Positions 1-9,270 of a stretch of DNA of 64,000 nucleotides are shown piece after piece. The stretch covers positions 4,688 to 68,687 of IMG/VR virus record IMGVR_UViG_3300032227_001145; one strand, written 5' to 3'. Under the pieces are notes generated by a model. The model was given only the letters and a program-made list of their open reading frames with translations. It searched no databases and was not told the DNA's origin. The position numbers and the translations under genes were made by a program. Source of the DNA: a virus (taxonomy: Duplodnaviria > Caudoviricetes). Within the stretch, counting starts at the first letter, position 1. Every line of letters starts with the position of its first letter.

Positions 1-32
1 GCTGCTACTTGTTGCTTTGTTAGTTTCTTCAT
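1..32 (-). CDS. 5' fragment of a gene running off the window (MKKLTKQQVA...)
   Basis: ATG at 32 on the minus strand, 32 nt after the ClpC-like stop, open to the window edge. Confidence 0.4.
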   Translation of the reverse strand, partial: MKKLTKQQVA

Positions 33-64
33 ATATTCTTAGTCTACTTGGATTAGAGTTTTTG

Positions 65-2359
65 TCAAACAGTTTCTTGCAAATTTTCGAGGTTAATTTC
101 AATTTCGTTTGCCAGTAATTTTTCAGTAATGAATTTATTGATTTTTAATTCGATCTGACTGTCAAGGTTTTCTAGTGTCGAGATGTTTGAGCAGAATCTC
201 TTAATAAAATTAAAATTAAACGAGAATTTTACTTCATTAATAATTAATGCGTTTTTAATTTCTTTTAGCTTATGCCAAAGCACACGACGAATATCGCGTT
301 GATTTAATTTGTGGAGAAAAATATCGCAATCAAAGTATTGTTTTAATTCTGAAAATACTGCTGAAACAGGGTTTTCGGAATCCGAATTGAATCCCATTGA
401 TTTTGTTTCGACTACAGAGCTTGTAATAAATATTTTACAATTAGAAAAGTCTGCAATGTCGCCATTATTCATTTGAAGCCTTCCCTCTTTGAAGATCTGA
501 GCAAAGAGTGTTTTTGCAGAAGGATGAACTTTATGGAAGTCGTCAATAATAATTACGCTATTTGTATGAATTATTATTTTTTCGCAGATAGAAGTGTTGT
601 TATTTCTTTCTGAAACAATCTTATAAGGTGCAAAATCGTCAGAGAAATGCACTCCGTTATAAGATAATACGTTTGCTCCATCTTTCTCCAAGACATCTTT
701 CATAAGAGAGCAGAAAAAGGTTTTACCTGTGGATTGTCCACCACTAAGGCAGTAAATATTTGGCGCAGAGATTTGCTTCTTTCTGAGCTTGAAGTTAGAA
801 ATAATAATTTCTTTTTGAAGGTTTTTTAAAACCTTTCTGTGTCCTACGAAAGTCTTAGACAGATTAGAAACCATTGAATCTAAAACCGCGCTCTTGCATA
901 GTGGATTTTCCTTTTTTGAGAAAAATTCTTTTAAATGTTTTACAGTGACACAAGGAGACTCCTTCATCATTTTTTCGCTCCACTCCTCAATCTTATCGTT
1001 CATGAGATCCATGAGCTTGCTATAAGGCTTGCCTTGTTTAATATTTTCTAAAATATTGTTTTGCAAATCTTTGATTTCAGAATCTATTTCCCAATAATTT
1101 ACTTTTGCTTGTGCGCCACAATGATCAATTACGTCAATGGCTTTGTCAGGATAAAATTTATTTGGAGCATATTTTTCGCAATAATCAATTACGTTATTGA
1201 TAAACTCACTTGTATATTCTACTCCATGGAACTCTTCATAGTATTCTGTAATAGAAGGAAGAATTTGTCTCATTTGAAATTTAGAAGGCTCCTTAATTGT
1301 GACTCTTTCAAAGCGACGATCTAAGGCGCTATCCTTTTTGATTGTATTAGTATACTCATTAATCGTTGTGGCACCAATACAGCTAATCGTGCCACGAGCA
1401 AGCTCTGGCTTTAGAATATTTGAAGCTTCAAGAGAGTTTTCTGTGGTTCCTCCTGCGCCAACAAGGGTATGAATCTCATCGATAAACAAGATGATGTTGT
1501 CATATTTTTTAACCTCATTAACGAATTTTTCCAAACGCTCTTCAAATTGTCCACGATATTGAGTTCCAGCAACCATGCTAGACAAACTTAAAGAATAGAT
1601 TACTTTGTTTGCAATCAGCTCTGGCGCTTCTCCATTTACAATTTTAGAAGCAAGACCTTCTACTAGAGAAGTTTTTCCAGTTCCCGCTGGGCCAACTAGA
1701 ATTGCGTTAGGCTTTTTCTTTCTGCACAAGATAGTTGCAATTTCTGCAATTTTGTCGTCAAAATCTACAATCTTATCAAATTTGTTGTTTGCAGCTTTAA
1801 TATTTAGATTTTCTGCAAACCTCGACAAAATTGGATTGCCTTCAAACATGTCAAGGAAATTGTATTCATTTTCTGAATCTTCTCCCTGATCGTCACTCTG
1901 AATTCTTGAATCATTGAAATCTTCATCGTTTACCAAAAGCGTTACATCACTTACAATCCTTTCAAACAAATCGTCTGTTAGAATATCTGCAATTGCTTTT
2001 GGCCTAGTAGAAGGAGCCAAAAAATTAATCAGAACGACTTCTGGTGGAATATAGTCTAAATTAAATAGTTCGCCAGCAGTTTTTTCGCAATTATAAATAA
2101 ACTCTGTAGCCTTCTTGTCAAAATTTACAGAAACCGTTTTATGCGGTCTTTTATTTTTAATGTTTTGATAAGATTTAAGATGTAATGTTTCAATTAATTT
2201 GTTCTTCGTAAGAACACTTTTGCACGACAAGCTAAGTTCGTTAATAAAGCATTCGAATAGAATGTCGATATCAACGCTACTTCTATTTAAAGTCTTTGTA
2301 AGAGATTTTGCGTTCTCTATTACTCCTTGGATTTCTGGCGTAAATGGCAGTTCAGTCAT
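65..2359 (-). CDS. clpC: ClpC/ClpA-like Hsp100 AAA+ ATPase
   Basis: Clp-N-like N-terminus; D1 Walker A GPAGTGKT and Walker B ILFIDEIH, with GATT, DSALDRRF and PDKAIDVID; short middle coiled coil; D2 GGQSTGKT and IIIDDFHK; MGF loop. Confidence 0.88.
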   Translation of the reverse strand: MTELPFTPEIQGVIENAKSLTKTLNRSSVDIDILFECFINELSLSCKSVLTKNKLIETLHLKSYQNIKNKRPHKTVSVNFDKKATEFIYNCEKTAGELFNLDYIPPEVVLINFLAPSTRPKAIADILTDDLFERIVSDVTLLVNDEDFNDSRIQSDDQGEDSENEYNFLDMFEGNPILSRFAENLNIKAANNKFDKIVDFDDKIAEIATILCRKKKPNAILVGPAGTGKTSLVEGLASKIVNGEAPELIANKVIYSLSLSSMVAGTQYRGQFEERLEKFVNEVKKYDNIILFIDEIHTLVGAGGTTENSLEASNILKPELARGTISCIGATTINEYTNTIKKDSALDRRFERVTIKEPSKFQMRQILPSITEYYEEFHGVEYTSEFINNVIDYCEKYAPNKFYPDKAIDVIDHCGAQAKVNYWEIDSEIKDLQNNILENIKQGKPYSKLMDLMNDKIEEWSEKMMKESPCVTVKHLKEFFSKKENPLCKSAVLDSMVSNLSKTFVGHRKVLKNLQKEIIISNFKLRKKQISAPNIYCLSGGQSTGKTFFCSLMKDVLEKDGANVLSYNGVHFSDDFAPYKIVSERNNNTSICEKIIIHTNSVIIIDDFHKVHPSAKTLFAQIFKEGRLQMNNGDIADFSNCKIFITSSVVETKSMGFNSDSENPVSAVFSELKQYFDCDIFLHKLNQRDIRRVLWHKLKEIKNALIINEVKFSFNFNFIKRFCSNISTLENLDSQIELKINKFITEKLLANEIEINLENLQETV

Positions 2360-4919
2360 TGTTTTTAAGATCTTTCAGCTTCATTAAAATCTTGGTCTCA
2401 ACAACTCGTGCTGAGTTGATGAAGTTTGTACCATCATTTTTGGTGGCATTCAAGATCAAAATATCCTCTTTCTTTAATTTATTTTTATTTAAGAAGTTTG
2501 TTAGCTTTTCTTCGCGTGCATTATCCATAAGAATAAATTTGCAAGATGCAGTATTATCAGAAGCTTCGATAATCATATATTTATTTCCATTCTGGGAGGT
2601 TCTAGTAAAGAAATCTTTTACTTGGCAGACTGTTTTAAAATTACTTTGCAAAGGAAGTTCTGATACTTCTTTGAGCGATTGAACTTGATCGCCAACATTT
2701 TCAACAAAGCAATCTTTTAAATTGAACGAGTAACTGTAACCAAGAAGGGTATTTTCATACCACCAATCAGAAAACTTCTGATGCTTTTTATTCTCGTTAT
2801 AGATTTCTTTGTATTTTGAGAATTTCGTTTTAAAGGTAGAAAACCTCTTATCAGACATCAGTGATTTATTGTCGTCACCAAGAACTTTCTTTTCTACTAC
2901 AGTGGCGATTGAATTTAGAATATCAAAGCCAAATCTTTCTCCGATCTTAACAAAGTTCCGCTTCTCGCGATCTGTGAGCAGATTAAATGCTTGGGCTTCT
3001 AAAACGAGCCTGCTACGATTATCAGTATCGTTGTCCATCGTTCCCGCTTGGATTAACGCAGCAAGCACTGAGATGTTGATGCCGCATTCCTTCGCGGCAG
3101 TAAAAACCTCATACTTGTTGTTAAACTCCATGCCTCTGAAATCTACCAAGCTCTCTAAAGACTTCATAGAAATACCCTTAATACTGTTTAAGCCATAACG
3201 AATATTTCCGTCCTCAATCTTGAAATTGATTGAGGATTTGAACAAACTAGGTGGCAAAAGTTTAATGCCAAAATCTCCAAGCTCTTCGTTTACACTTGCA
3301 ATAGTAGCCAGAGGTTCTGGTTCAAACTCAGAAGACTCAAGAACAGACAAGAAGAATTCTCTTGGATATTTGTATTTCAAATAAATTGTTTTTGCAGCCA
3401 AGTTCGCATAAGCGAAGCTGTGAGATTTATTGAACGAATAATCAGCAGATGCTTGCAGTGCGCCCCAATAGAAATCACTGATCCTTGAATCAAGGTCAAG
3501 CTTCTCTCCTGCTTCATAAATGCCTTGCTTCCATGCTGGCATTTCATCAACCTTCTTCTTGCCGACAATGCGCCTAAGAATCTCCGCTTCTTCAAGAGTT
3601 AGACCAAATACCTTGTTGGCAATCTGCATCAACTGCTCTTGATAAAGAATGACATTCTTTGACCAAGATAGAATCTTATCTAGCTCTGGGTGAAGATTAA
3701 GCTCTGAAGGAGAACTCTTTTGTGTAATGTAATCTCCAACAAACTGTAACGCACCGGGACGGGCAAGTGCAACAACGTCAGATAGTTCATCAAGGCTTTT
3801 GGGCTTAACTTCTTGGCAAACTCTAAAGTTGGTTTCAGCAGAAATTTGGAATAGACCCATTGGATGATTGAAGTCTTGCAGCGCTTCATAAATAAATGGA
3901 TCATTTGGATCAATGTCATCAATGCTAATGCCAATCTTCTCGCAAGTCTTATGAGCAATAGTTAATGTTCGAAGTCCAAGGATATCGAACTTAACCATCA
4001 AATCAGCTACATCGTTCATGTCATAGCCTGTAACAAGATCGCCATCTTTTGTTTTCTGAAGCGGAACTACATTGCTGATCTTCTGAGAGCAGATTGCAAT
4101 TCCAGATGGGTGAACGCCAGTGTTCTTTGTTAGATTTTCAATCTTGCAAGCGTTTTTAAAAGTAAACTCATGAGTCTTCGCCCATTGTTCAAACTTTTCG
4201 TTTTCTTCTCTAGCTCTTTTAAGAGAGAATACCTTGCCGTGAAGCTTAGGAATCATATCGCTAATTCTGCTTGCTTCATCTTCCTTAACCTCATCAAAAT
4301 ACTTGGTAGCTTCGCGAATACAAAGCTTTGAGCTAAAGGTGTTGAAGGTTAAAATTTTAGCCGTTTTACCAAGGTGCTTTTGTTCAATATACTCAATAAC
4401 CTTATGACGCTTTTCATAACTAATATCAGAGTCAACATCGGGAAGAAGACTTCCAACAAGAAACTCTTTGTTTCTCACATCATAAACCTTTTGGGCGCGA
4501 CTCTTTGAAACGAACCGTTCGAAGAACAAGTCGTGAGGAATTGGATCAATGTTTGTGACACCCAAAAGATAAAGAACCAGAGAACCAGCCGCAGAACCGC
4601 GACCCGCACCAGTTGGGATTCCGTTTTCGTGGCAGAAATTTAGAATGTCCCAATTTAAAAGAATATAATCTGTAAAGCCAAGCTCTTCAAATGTTTCAAG
4701 CTCTTGCTTTGTTCTCTCGAAATAAATATTTTTATTTGGATACTTTACGATACCCTTATCGCGAAGACCCTTGCGGGCAAGCTCAAACATAATTTCCTTG
4801 TTTGAAGCCTTAGAGCTGAGTCCAAGGCTCATGAGGATCTTTTCGCTAACTTCCGTTTTAGGAAGTTCAACACCCGCTGGCTCGCAATCGTTATAGCTTG
4901 TAAATTCTTTAAAAATCAT
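2352..4919 (-). CDS. dnaE: DNA polymerase III alpha (DnaE) catalytic core without PHP domain
   Basis: GRGSAAGSLV, FERF, PDVDSD catalytic Asp motif, KFDILGLRTL, FNKSHS, C-terminal OB-like region; start set at ATG 4919, an ATGA overlap with the upstream stop. Confidence 0.95.
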   Translation of the reverse strand: MIFKEFTSYNDCEPAGVELPKTEVSEKILMSLGLSSKASNKEIMFELARKGLRDKGIVKYPNKNIYFERTKQELETFEELGFTDYILLNWDILNFCHENGIPTGAGRGSAAGSLVLYLLGVTNIDPIPHDLFFERFVSKSRAQKVYDVRNKEFLVGSLLPDVDSDISYEKRHKVIEYIEQKHLGKTAKILTFNTFSSKLCIREATKYFDEVKEDEASRISDMIPKLHGKVFSLKRAREENEKFEQWAKTHEFTFKNACKIENLTKNTGVHPSGIAICSQKISNVVPLQKTKDGDLVTGYDMNDVADLMVKFDILGLRTLTIAHKTCEKIGISIDDIDPNDPFIYEALQDFNHPMGLFQISAETNFRVCQEVKPKSLDELSDVVALARPGALQFVGDYITQKSSPSELNLHPELDKILSWSKNVILYQEQLMQIANKVFGLTLEEAEILRRIVGKKKVDEMPAWKQGIYEAGEKLDLDSRISDFYWGALQASADYSFNKSHSFAYANLAAKTIYLKYKYPREFFLSVLESSEFEPEPLATIASVNEELGDFGIKLLPPSLFKSSINFKIEDGNIRYGLNSIKGISMKSLESLVDFRGMEFNNKYEVFTAAKECGINISVLAALIQAGTMDNDTDNRSRLVLEAQAFNLLTDREKRNFVKIGERFGFDILNSIATVVEKKVLGDDNKSLMSDKRFSTFKTKFSKYKEIYNENKKHQKFSDWWYENTLLGYSYSFNLKDCFVENVGDQVQSLKEVSELPLQSNFKTVCQVKDFFTRTSQNGNKYMIIEASDNTASCKFILMDNAREEKLTNFLNKNKLKKEDILILNATKNDGTNFINSARVVETKILMKLKDLKNND

Positions 4920-5530
4920 AGTCCCATATTCTTCTTTAGCTCCAAGAAAACCTTGAAGCACATTTCAATATCATACATCGCATTATGCAGCTTGCTTTCG
5001 TCGAAGTCAATGCCGAAATATTTAAGCAACTGATTCTGAGATGCTTTTGCTTTTAGGCTTCTGTCGTGAATAACCTTATATTGCCAGCTCAAGAAATCGC
5101 CTTTTGGCTTTTGAAGTTCCTCTCTATAAGCTCTGCCCAAGGCTACAGTATCGTAAACTCTGGTCAAGTAAGAATAGTCTGGTTTTTCCCCAAGAATGCG
5201 CTGGAGTTCAGCAATCATGTAAACATCAAAGCCAAGAAGATTTTGGCCAACAATCTTATATTGTGGATCAAATAAATATTTTTTAAAGTCACTCCAAACA
5301 TTTTTGGGATTTTCTTTTTTAGCCAGATATTCTGACCAATTAAATCCAGTTAGCTTTTGCACGACTTCTGGAACGTCTAGATTTTTAAAATCAATATATC
5401 TATCGTGCTTTTCGATGATTCTATTACCTTCGCAAACAATCCATGCAAGCTGCCATGGACGAGAGGAGTGCAAGTTAAGACCCTCTGTTTCACAATCCCA
5501 GCACAAATATTTTTGGTCATACTTTAACAT
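4916..5530 (-). CDS. dnaQ: DEDDh 3'-5' exonuclease, DnaQ/epsilon-like proofreading subunit
   Basis: ExoI WDCETEG, ExoII GQNLLGFD, ExoIII LHNAMYD; translationally coupled to dnaE. Confidence 0.88.
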   Translation of the reverse strand: MLKYDQKYLCWDCETEGLNLHSSRPWQLAWIVCEGNRIIEKHDRYIDFKNLDVPEVVQKLTGFNWSEYLAKKENPKNVWSDFKKYLFDPQYKIVGQNLLGFDVYMIAELQRILGEKPDYSYLTRVYDTVALGRAYREELQKPKGDFLSWQYKVIHDRSLKAKASQNQLLKYFGIDFDESKLHNAMYDIEMCFKVFLELKKNMGL

Positions 5531-6431
5531 ATAAATTTTGTTTTTTTCTTTTTAAGAAATCTTTTGATCCTGTTCTATAAAATAAATTTATAAATTTATC
5601 TACCTTATCTTGAGATAAATAGATAGAAATATAGTAAGTTTGTTTTGTTCGCTTATCTTTTTTTGGCTCCTTAATAAAAATACCATGTTCTGAAAATTTA
5701 TCAACAATGAACTTTAAAAAACTCTGATTGCCTACCAAATGAAAATTTGGAAATTTATTTTTTTTATTTTTACTAAATCCACCGTCTCCATCTATATAAC
5801 CATGTATTGCGGGCCATAAAAATTTTTTTGGAATTTTATCAAAAATATGTTGATCAATATTAAGAGTTTTATTTTCTGTTAATCCATATTTTTTTAAATC
5901 GTTAATTATTTTTTTACGAGAAATTATAACTCCAACTGTAGATTTTAATTTTTCTTGAAAAATTGGGCCATTATATTCTATTCTATCGCAAAATTTTTTA
6001 ATATGATCTTTATCTTTTTCATGTAGCCTAATTTGTAATTTCCCATTGCAAATATTTCCATCTGCTGCAATAAATCCAAACCAATAAGCCTTTTCTGGGG
6101 TATCTATAGATTCAAAAAAATTAATATCGCAATTATAAATTATTCCTGTTTCATGAGGCTTTCTGCCACCGCAGCCATGTTTTCTTAAAATCTCTAAGAC
6201 TGTGCTTTTGCCTATTTTAAACTTATAACAAATTTGTTTTATAGTTTGTTTGTTATTATAGTAATCAATTAAAATATCATTAATAATAATTTTAATTTTA
6301 TTTGAAAATTCTGCAACTCCAATTTTTCTAGCAATAGATTGTACTTTTTGACATGTTATATTTAATTTTTGAGCTATAAGCTTGCTTGATTCTTTTTTAT
6401 AATTTTTACGAATATATTCTTCTTGATTCAT
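5517..6431 (-). mobile_element. Free-standing two-motif LAGLIDADG homing endonuclease with N-terminal HTH repeats
   Basis: EKAYWFGFIAADG and HGYIDGDG motifs; two HTH-like segments at the N-terminus. Confidence 0.85.
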
Positions 6432-6439
6432 TCATTATA

Positions 6440-6445
6440 TTACAC
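6440..6445 (-). promoter_or_regulatory. GTGTAA putative late promoter element (HEG)
   Basis: GTGTAATATAAT; hexamer 8 nt before the ATG; recurring motif. Confidence 0.65.
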
Positions 6446-6476
6446 GCATTTTGAAACAAATGGTTTATATTTTTGA

Positions 6477-7178
6477 TTATACGGTAGCATCTTTGTATGA
6501 CTCCCAACAGAATTCATCTGAGCAGAAGTGTTTTAGGTTAGGGTTGGAGAATGTTGGTGACTTGCCCTGAGAGCGGTTGCAAACTGCTTTATACATTTGA
6601 AAAGCGTGAAAGTCTTCCTTGTTCTTGTAGAAGATGCTTTTAGCTTCAATGGTGGGTTGATTGAGTTGCTCAATTGCGGCTCTGATTTGAAAATCAAATG
6701 GATGATTATTGTCTTCTACAAAGTATACGTGATCTAGTTTGCTTAGATCGATATTAGACATTCCGAAATGAAATAGATTATTATAAATATAAGAATCGTA
6801 AAATGGAACTGCAATTTTAATATCCTTAAAATCTTTTTGAGAATAGTTGCTCATAATTACAGACTCTAATTTATTTGTATAGGCGTCTGTATAAATGTCC
6901 TTAATCTTTTGAAGTCCATCGTTATTCTTAGCAAATAAGATTAATTTGCTTGGCTTCTCTTGCTGATCTGAGTCATTGGATAAAACAGATATCCTAAGAC
7001 CGAATACAAATTTAATATTCTTTTGTTGGAAGGCTTGATTGAAAGCCCTGAATCCATAAAAAGAATCCTCTACAAGAACAATTTCTTGCAGAGAATTAAT
7101 TTCAGCAATATCAACAATATTCTCAAGCGTGAGAATTGATTTGCCAACGCTATATTGACTCTTGAAAAGTGGGATCAC
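6477..7178 (-). CDS. Stand-alone PHP domain of DNA polymerase III alpha, metal ligands degenerate
   Basis: PLFKSQYS aligns with DnaE HLHxHSEYS; LVEDSFYG, IKFVFG and LILFAKNNDG match the DnaE N-terminal PHP pattern. Confidence 0.85.
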   Translation of the reverse strand: MIPLFKSQYSVGKSILTLENIVDIAEINSLQEIVLVEDSFYGFRAFNQAFQQKNIKFVFGLRISVLSNDSDQQEKPSKLILFAKNNDGLQKIKDIYTDAYTNKLESVIMSNYSQKDFKDIKIAVPFYDSYIYNNLFHFGMSNIDLSKLDHVYFVEDNNHPFDFQIRAAIEQLNQPTIEAKSIFYKNKEDFHAFQMYKAVCNRSQGKSPTFSNPNLKHFCSDEFCWESYKDATV

Positions 7179-7187
7179 GAACAGATC

Positions 7188-8234
7188 TTACAATAGATCT
7201 GGGGTCTTGTCAAACGAAAACGCTGGACATCCAGAGTATTGTCTTTCTTCAACCACAAAACCCTTTCCATCTTTTCTAAGTTTGTCAAGCTCCTCCTTCT
7301 CGTAAGAGGACTTCAGAAACTCCATTTTTTCATTTAATAAGACGTAGTATTTAAAAGCAAGTTTAAATGGACAATGCCACATTAAGCTACCATCTTTTTT
7401 TAATTGCCCAACATATTCTGCTCGACCACAAACTACACGACCAGAAAATCCATCTTCTTTTTTTGGAAAGCCTTTATTCCAAGCAAGATCGCTGGTTGCA
7501 GAGCGCTCATTAAAGTTGTTGATGATGGTTTGAATCTCTGTCAAGAAATACTCAAAGCCCTCAAGGTCAATGTCTTCAAGTGGAGCCATTTCAAGAAGAC
7601 CTTCGTTTTTGCAGTCAAACTTTAAGAAAAGAAACTCCATTTTGCGCTGCAAATATTCTGGGTAAAGATACTTGACAGCAAGACAATACATAAAGTCTTG
7701 CATATTGTCTGTATACTCCTTACCTTCGAAAATGCTTTTTGATGTTTTGAAGTCACGGATGATGGCAATCTTCTTCTTCTTAAACAAGAAGAGCTTGTCA
7801 ATGAATCCTAAGATTCTATAATTTTTACTACCCTGCTTGACTTCGATATCAAAGTCTTTTTCGCTGATGGCTTCAGTTGGCTTGCCATTCTTGTTTCCAA
7901 AGAAATCGTAATTTAATCCTTCGATTGTCATACGATTAATTGTGTCAACATTTTCAAAATCTGAAATATTATATTTTTTTACATAAGCGTCAACCATACG
8001 CTTAATTGGCGCAGAGACGAAAATGTCTTGGGCCTTTATGATTTTATCATAATGGTGCTTATGCCTTGGGTTTCCAAGGTTTTCAAAAATAGCGTGGCAA
8101 ATGGTTCCCCTGAGAGATCCTTCGTTTGAGCGATCTGGAAGTTTCAAATGATACTTGCACCAATATTGCCAAGTGCAAGTTTGGAGTGTTTTTATCCTTG
8201 ACGCCGACAAAGGCTTGTTCTCAATCTCATGCAT
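7188..8234 (-). CDS. PD-(D/E)XK exonuclease, AddB/RecB-like
   Basis: LSASRIKTLQTC, GTICHAIFE, GFIDKL, IRDFKTS, C-terminal Cys; start set at ATG 8234. Confidence 0.8.
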   Translation of the reverse strand: MHEIENKPLSASRIKTLQTCTWQYWCKYHLKLPDRSNEGSLRGTICHAIFENLGNPRHKHHYDKIIKAQDIFVSAPIKRMVDAYVKKYNISDFENVDTINRMTIEGLNYDFFGNKNGKPTEAISEKDFDIEVKQGSKNYRILGFIDKLFLFKKKKIAIIRDFKTSKSIFEGKEYTDNMQDFMYCLAVKYLYPEYLQRKMEFLFLKFDCKNEGLLEMAPLEDIDLEGFEYFLTEIQTIINNFNERSATSDLAWNKGFPKKEDGFSGRVVCGRAEYVGQLKKDGSLMWHCPFKLAFKYYVLLNEKMEFLKSSYEKEELDKLRKDGKGFVVEERQYSGCPAFSFDKTPDLL

Positions 8235-9270
8235 AACAAAAATCAAATCTTTTTTCTAACCTCTTCAAAGAAGAGGTAAAAGCTTTGTTTACCCCTTTGT
8301 TTTCCATTTCACGCGCAATATCTAATACACGATTAATCGAATCTTTGTGAGACATATTGTAACACACATTAATATGATTATCAATATCTTCTTTGGACAT
8401 TTCTCCGAAATCATTTTTAACTGGAGGCGCAAAATAAATATTTTGAAAATCAATTACATCAGCTAATTTAAACACTGATTTAATAGCGCCTTGAAATCCT
8501 CTGTTTGAATCAGAGTTGGAGTCATTGTTAAAAGAAACAAAAATCTTTTCAATCGGCAGAGAATGAAGTCTTGAAATAAACTTTGGAGAAATATTTAAAC
8601 CAAAAGATACAAGAACATTTTTTACTCCTGCGTTATAAAGAGAAATGCAATCACCAACTGATTCTACAATATGAACAGAACGAGAAGAGATGATAGCGTC
8701 TTGAACATCTGAAACAGAATAGAACGGATAAAACCAATCAGAACATTTGCCCATATGCAACCACTTCGGTCTTTCATCATCTGTTACCTTGCGACCAGAA
8801 AAGCCATGAATCTTGCCGTCTTTGCGAAAAATTGGAAAGATAAGTCTTTGATACATTTTGCCAGACATGGCAAGACCGCAATTAAATTTCTTGAGTGTCT
8901 CTTCAGAGATTCCGCGATCAAAATAAAAATCATAATGCGGCAACAAGCGACTCAACGCAGAAGTCGGATATGTTTTTTCTTCGCTCAAAAGGTTTTTCTT
9001 GGGTGTTCTATGATTAATATTTACACCATCTACCTTGATATAAGAAGAGATAATTCCCTTGTCGTTTGTATTTAAAGTCTTTTGCAGAAGAGCTTCGAAA
9101 GGCAGAAACATAGAATCTTCTACGAAATCTTTCCAGACCCCAGTGTCTTTGTAGATCTGGAGCGCGGTAGAATTATCGCCTGCACGATATGCAGCATTGG
9201 TGCGCCAATAAGATCCATGATCTTTTAAGCGATACCCAAGATTTTCGAGAATCTCTTTGTAATTAATCAT
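8227..9270 (-). CDS. dnaG: DnaG-type primase with a Cys-less N-terminal domain
   Basis: RLIFPI...GFSGR, PKWL, Toprim IVESVGD and FNND; adjacent to dnaB. Confidence 0.85.
   Translation of the reverse strand: MINYKEILENLGYRLKDHGSYWRTNAAYRAGDNSTALQIYKDTGVWKDFVEDSMFLPFEALLQKTLNTNDKGIISSYIKVDGVNINHRTPKKNLLSEEKTYPTSALSRLLPHYDFYFDRGISEETLKKFNCGLAMSGKMYQRLIFPIFRKDGKIHGFSGRKVTDDERPKWLHMGKCSDWFYPFYSVSDVQDAIISSRSVHIVESVGDCISLYNAGVKNVLVSFGLNISPKFISRLHSLPIEKIFVSFNNDSNSDSNRGFQGAIKSVFKLADVIDFQNIYFAPPVKNDFGEMSKEDIDNHINVCYNMSHKDSINRVLDIAREMENKGVNKAFTSSLKRLEKRFDFCYA

Noticed and set aside
4919-6477. Split intein or group I intron rejoining the PHP and DnaE core
   Set aside because: No intein terminal motifs; the interval is filled by two complete overlapping ORFs and a 45-bp gap with no room for an intron core
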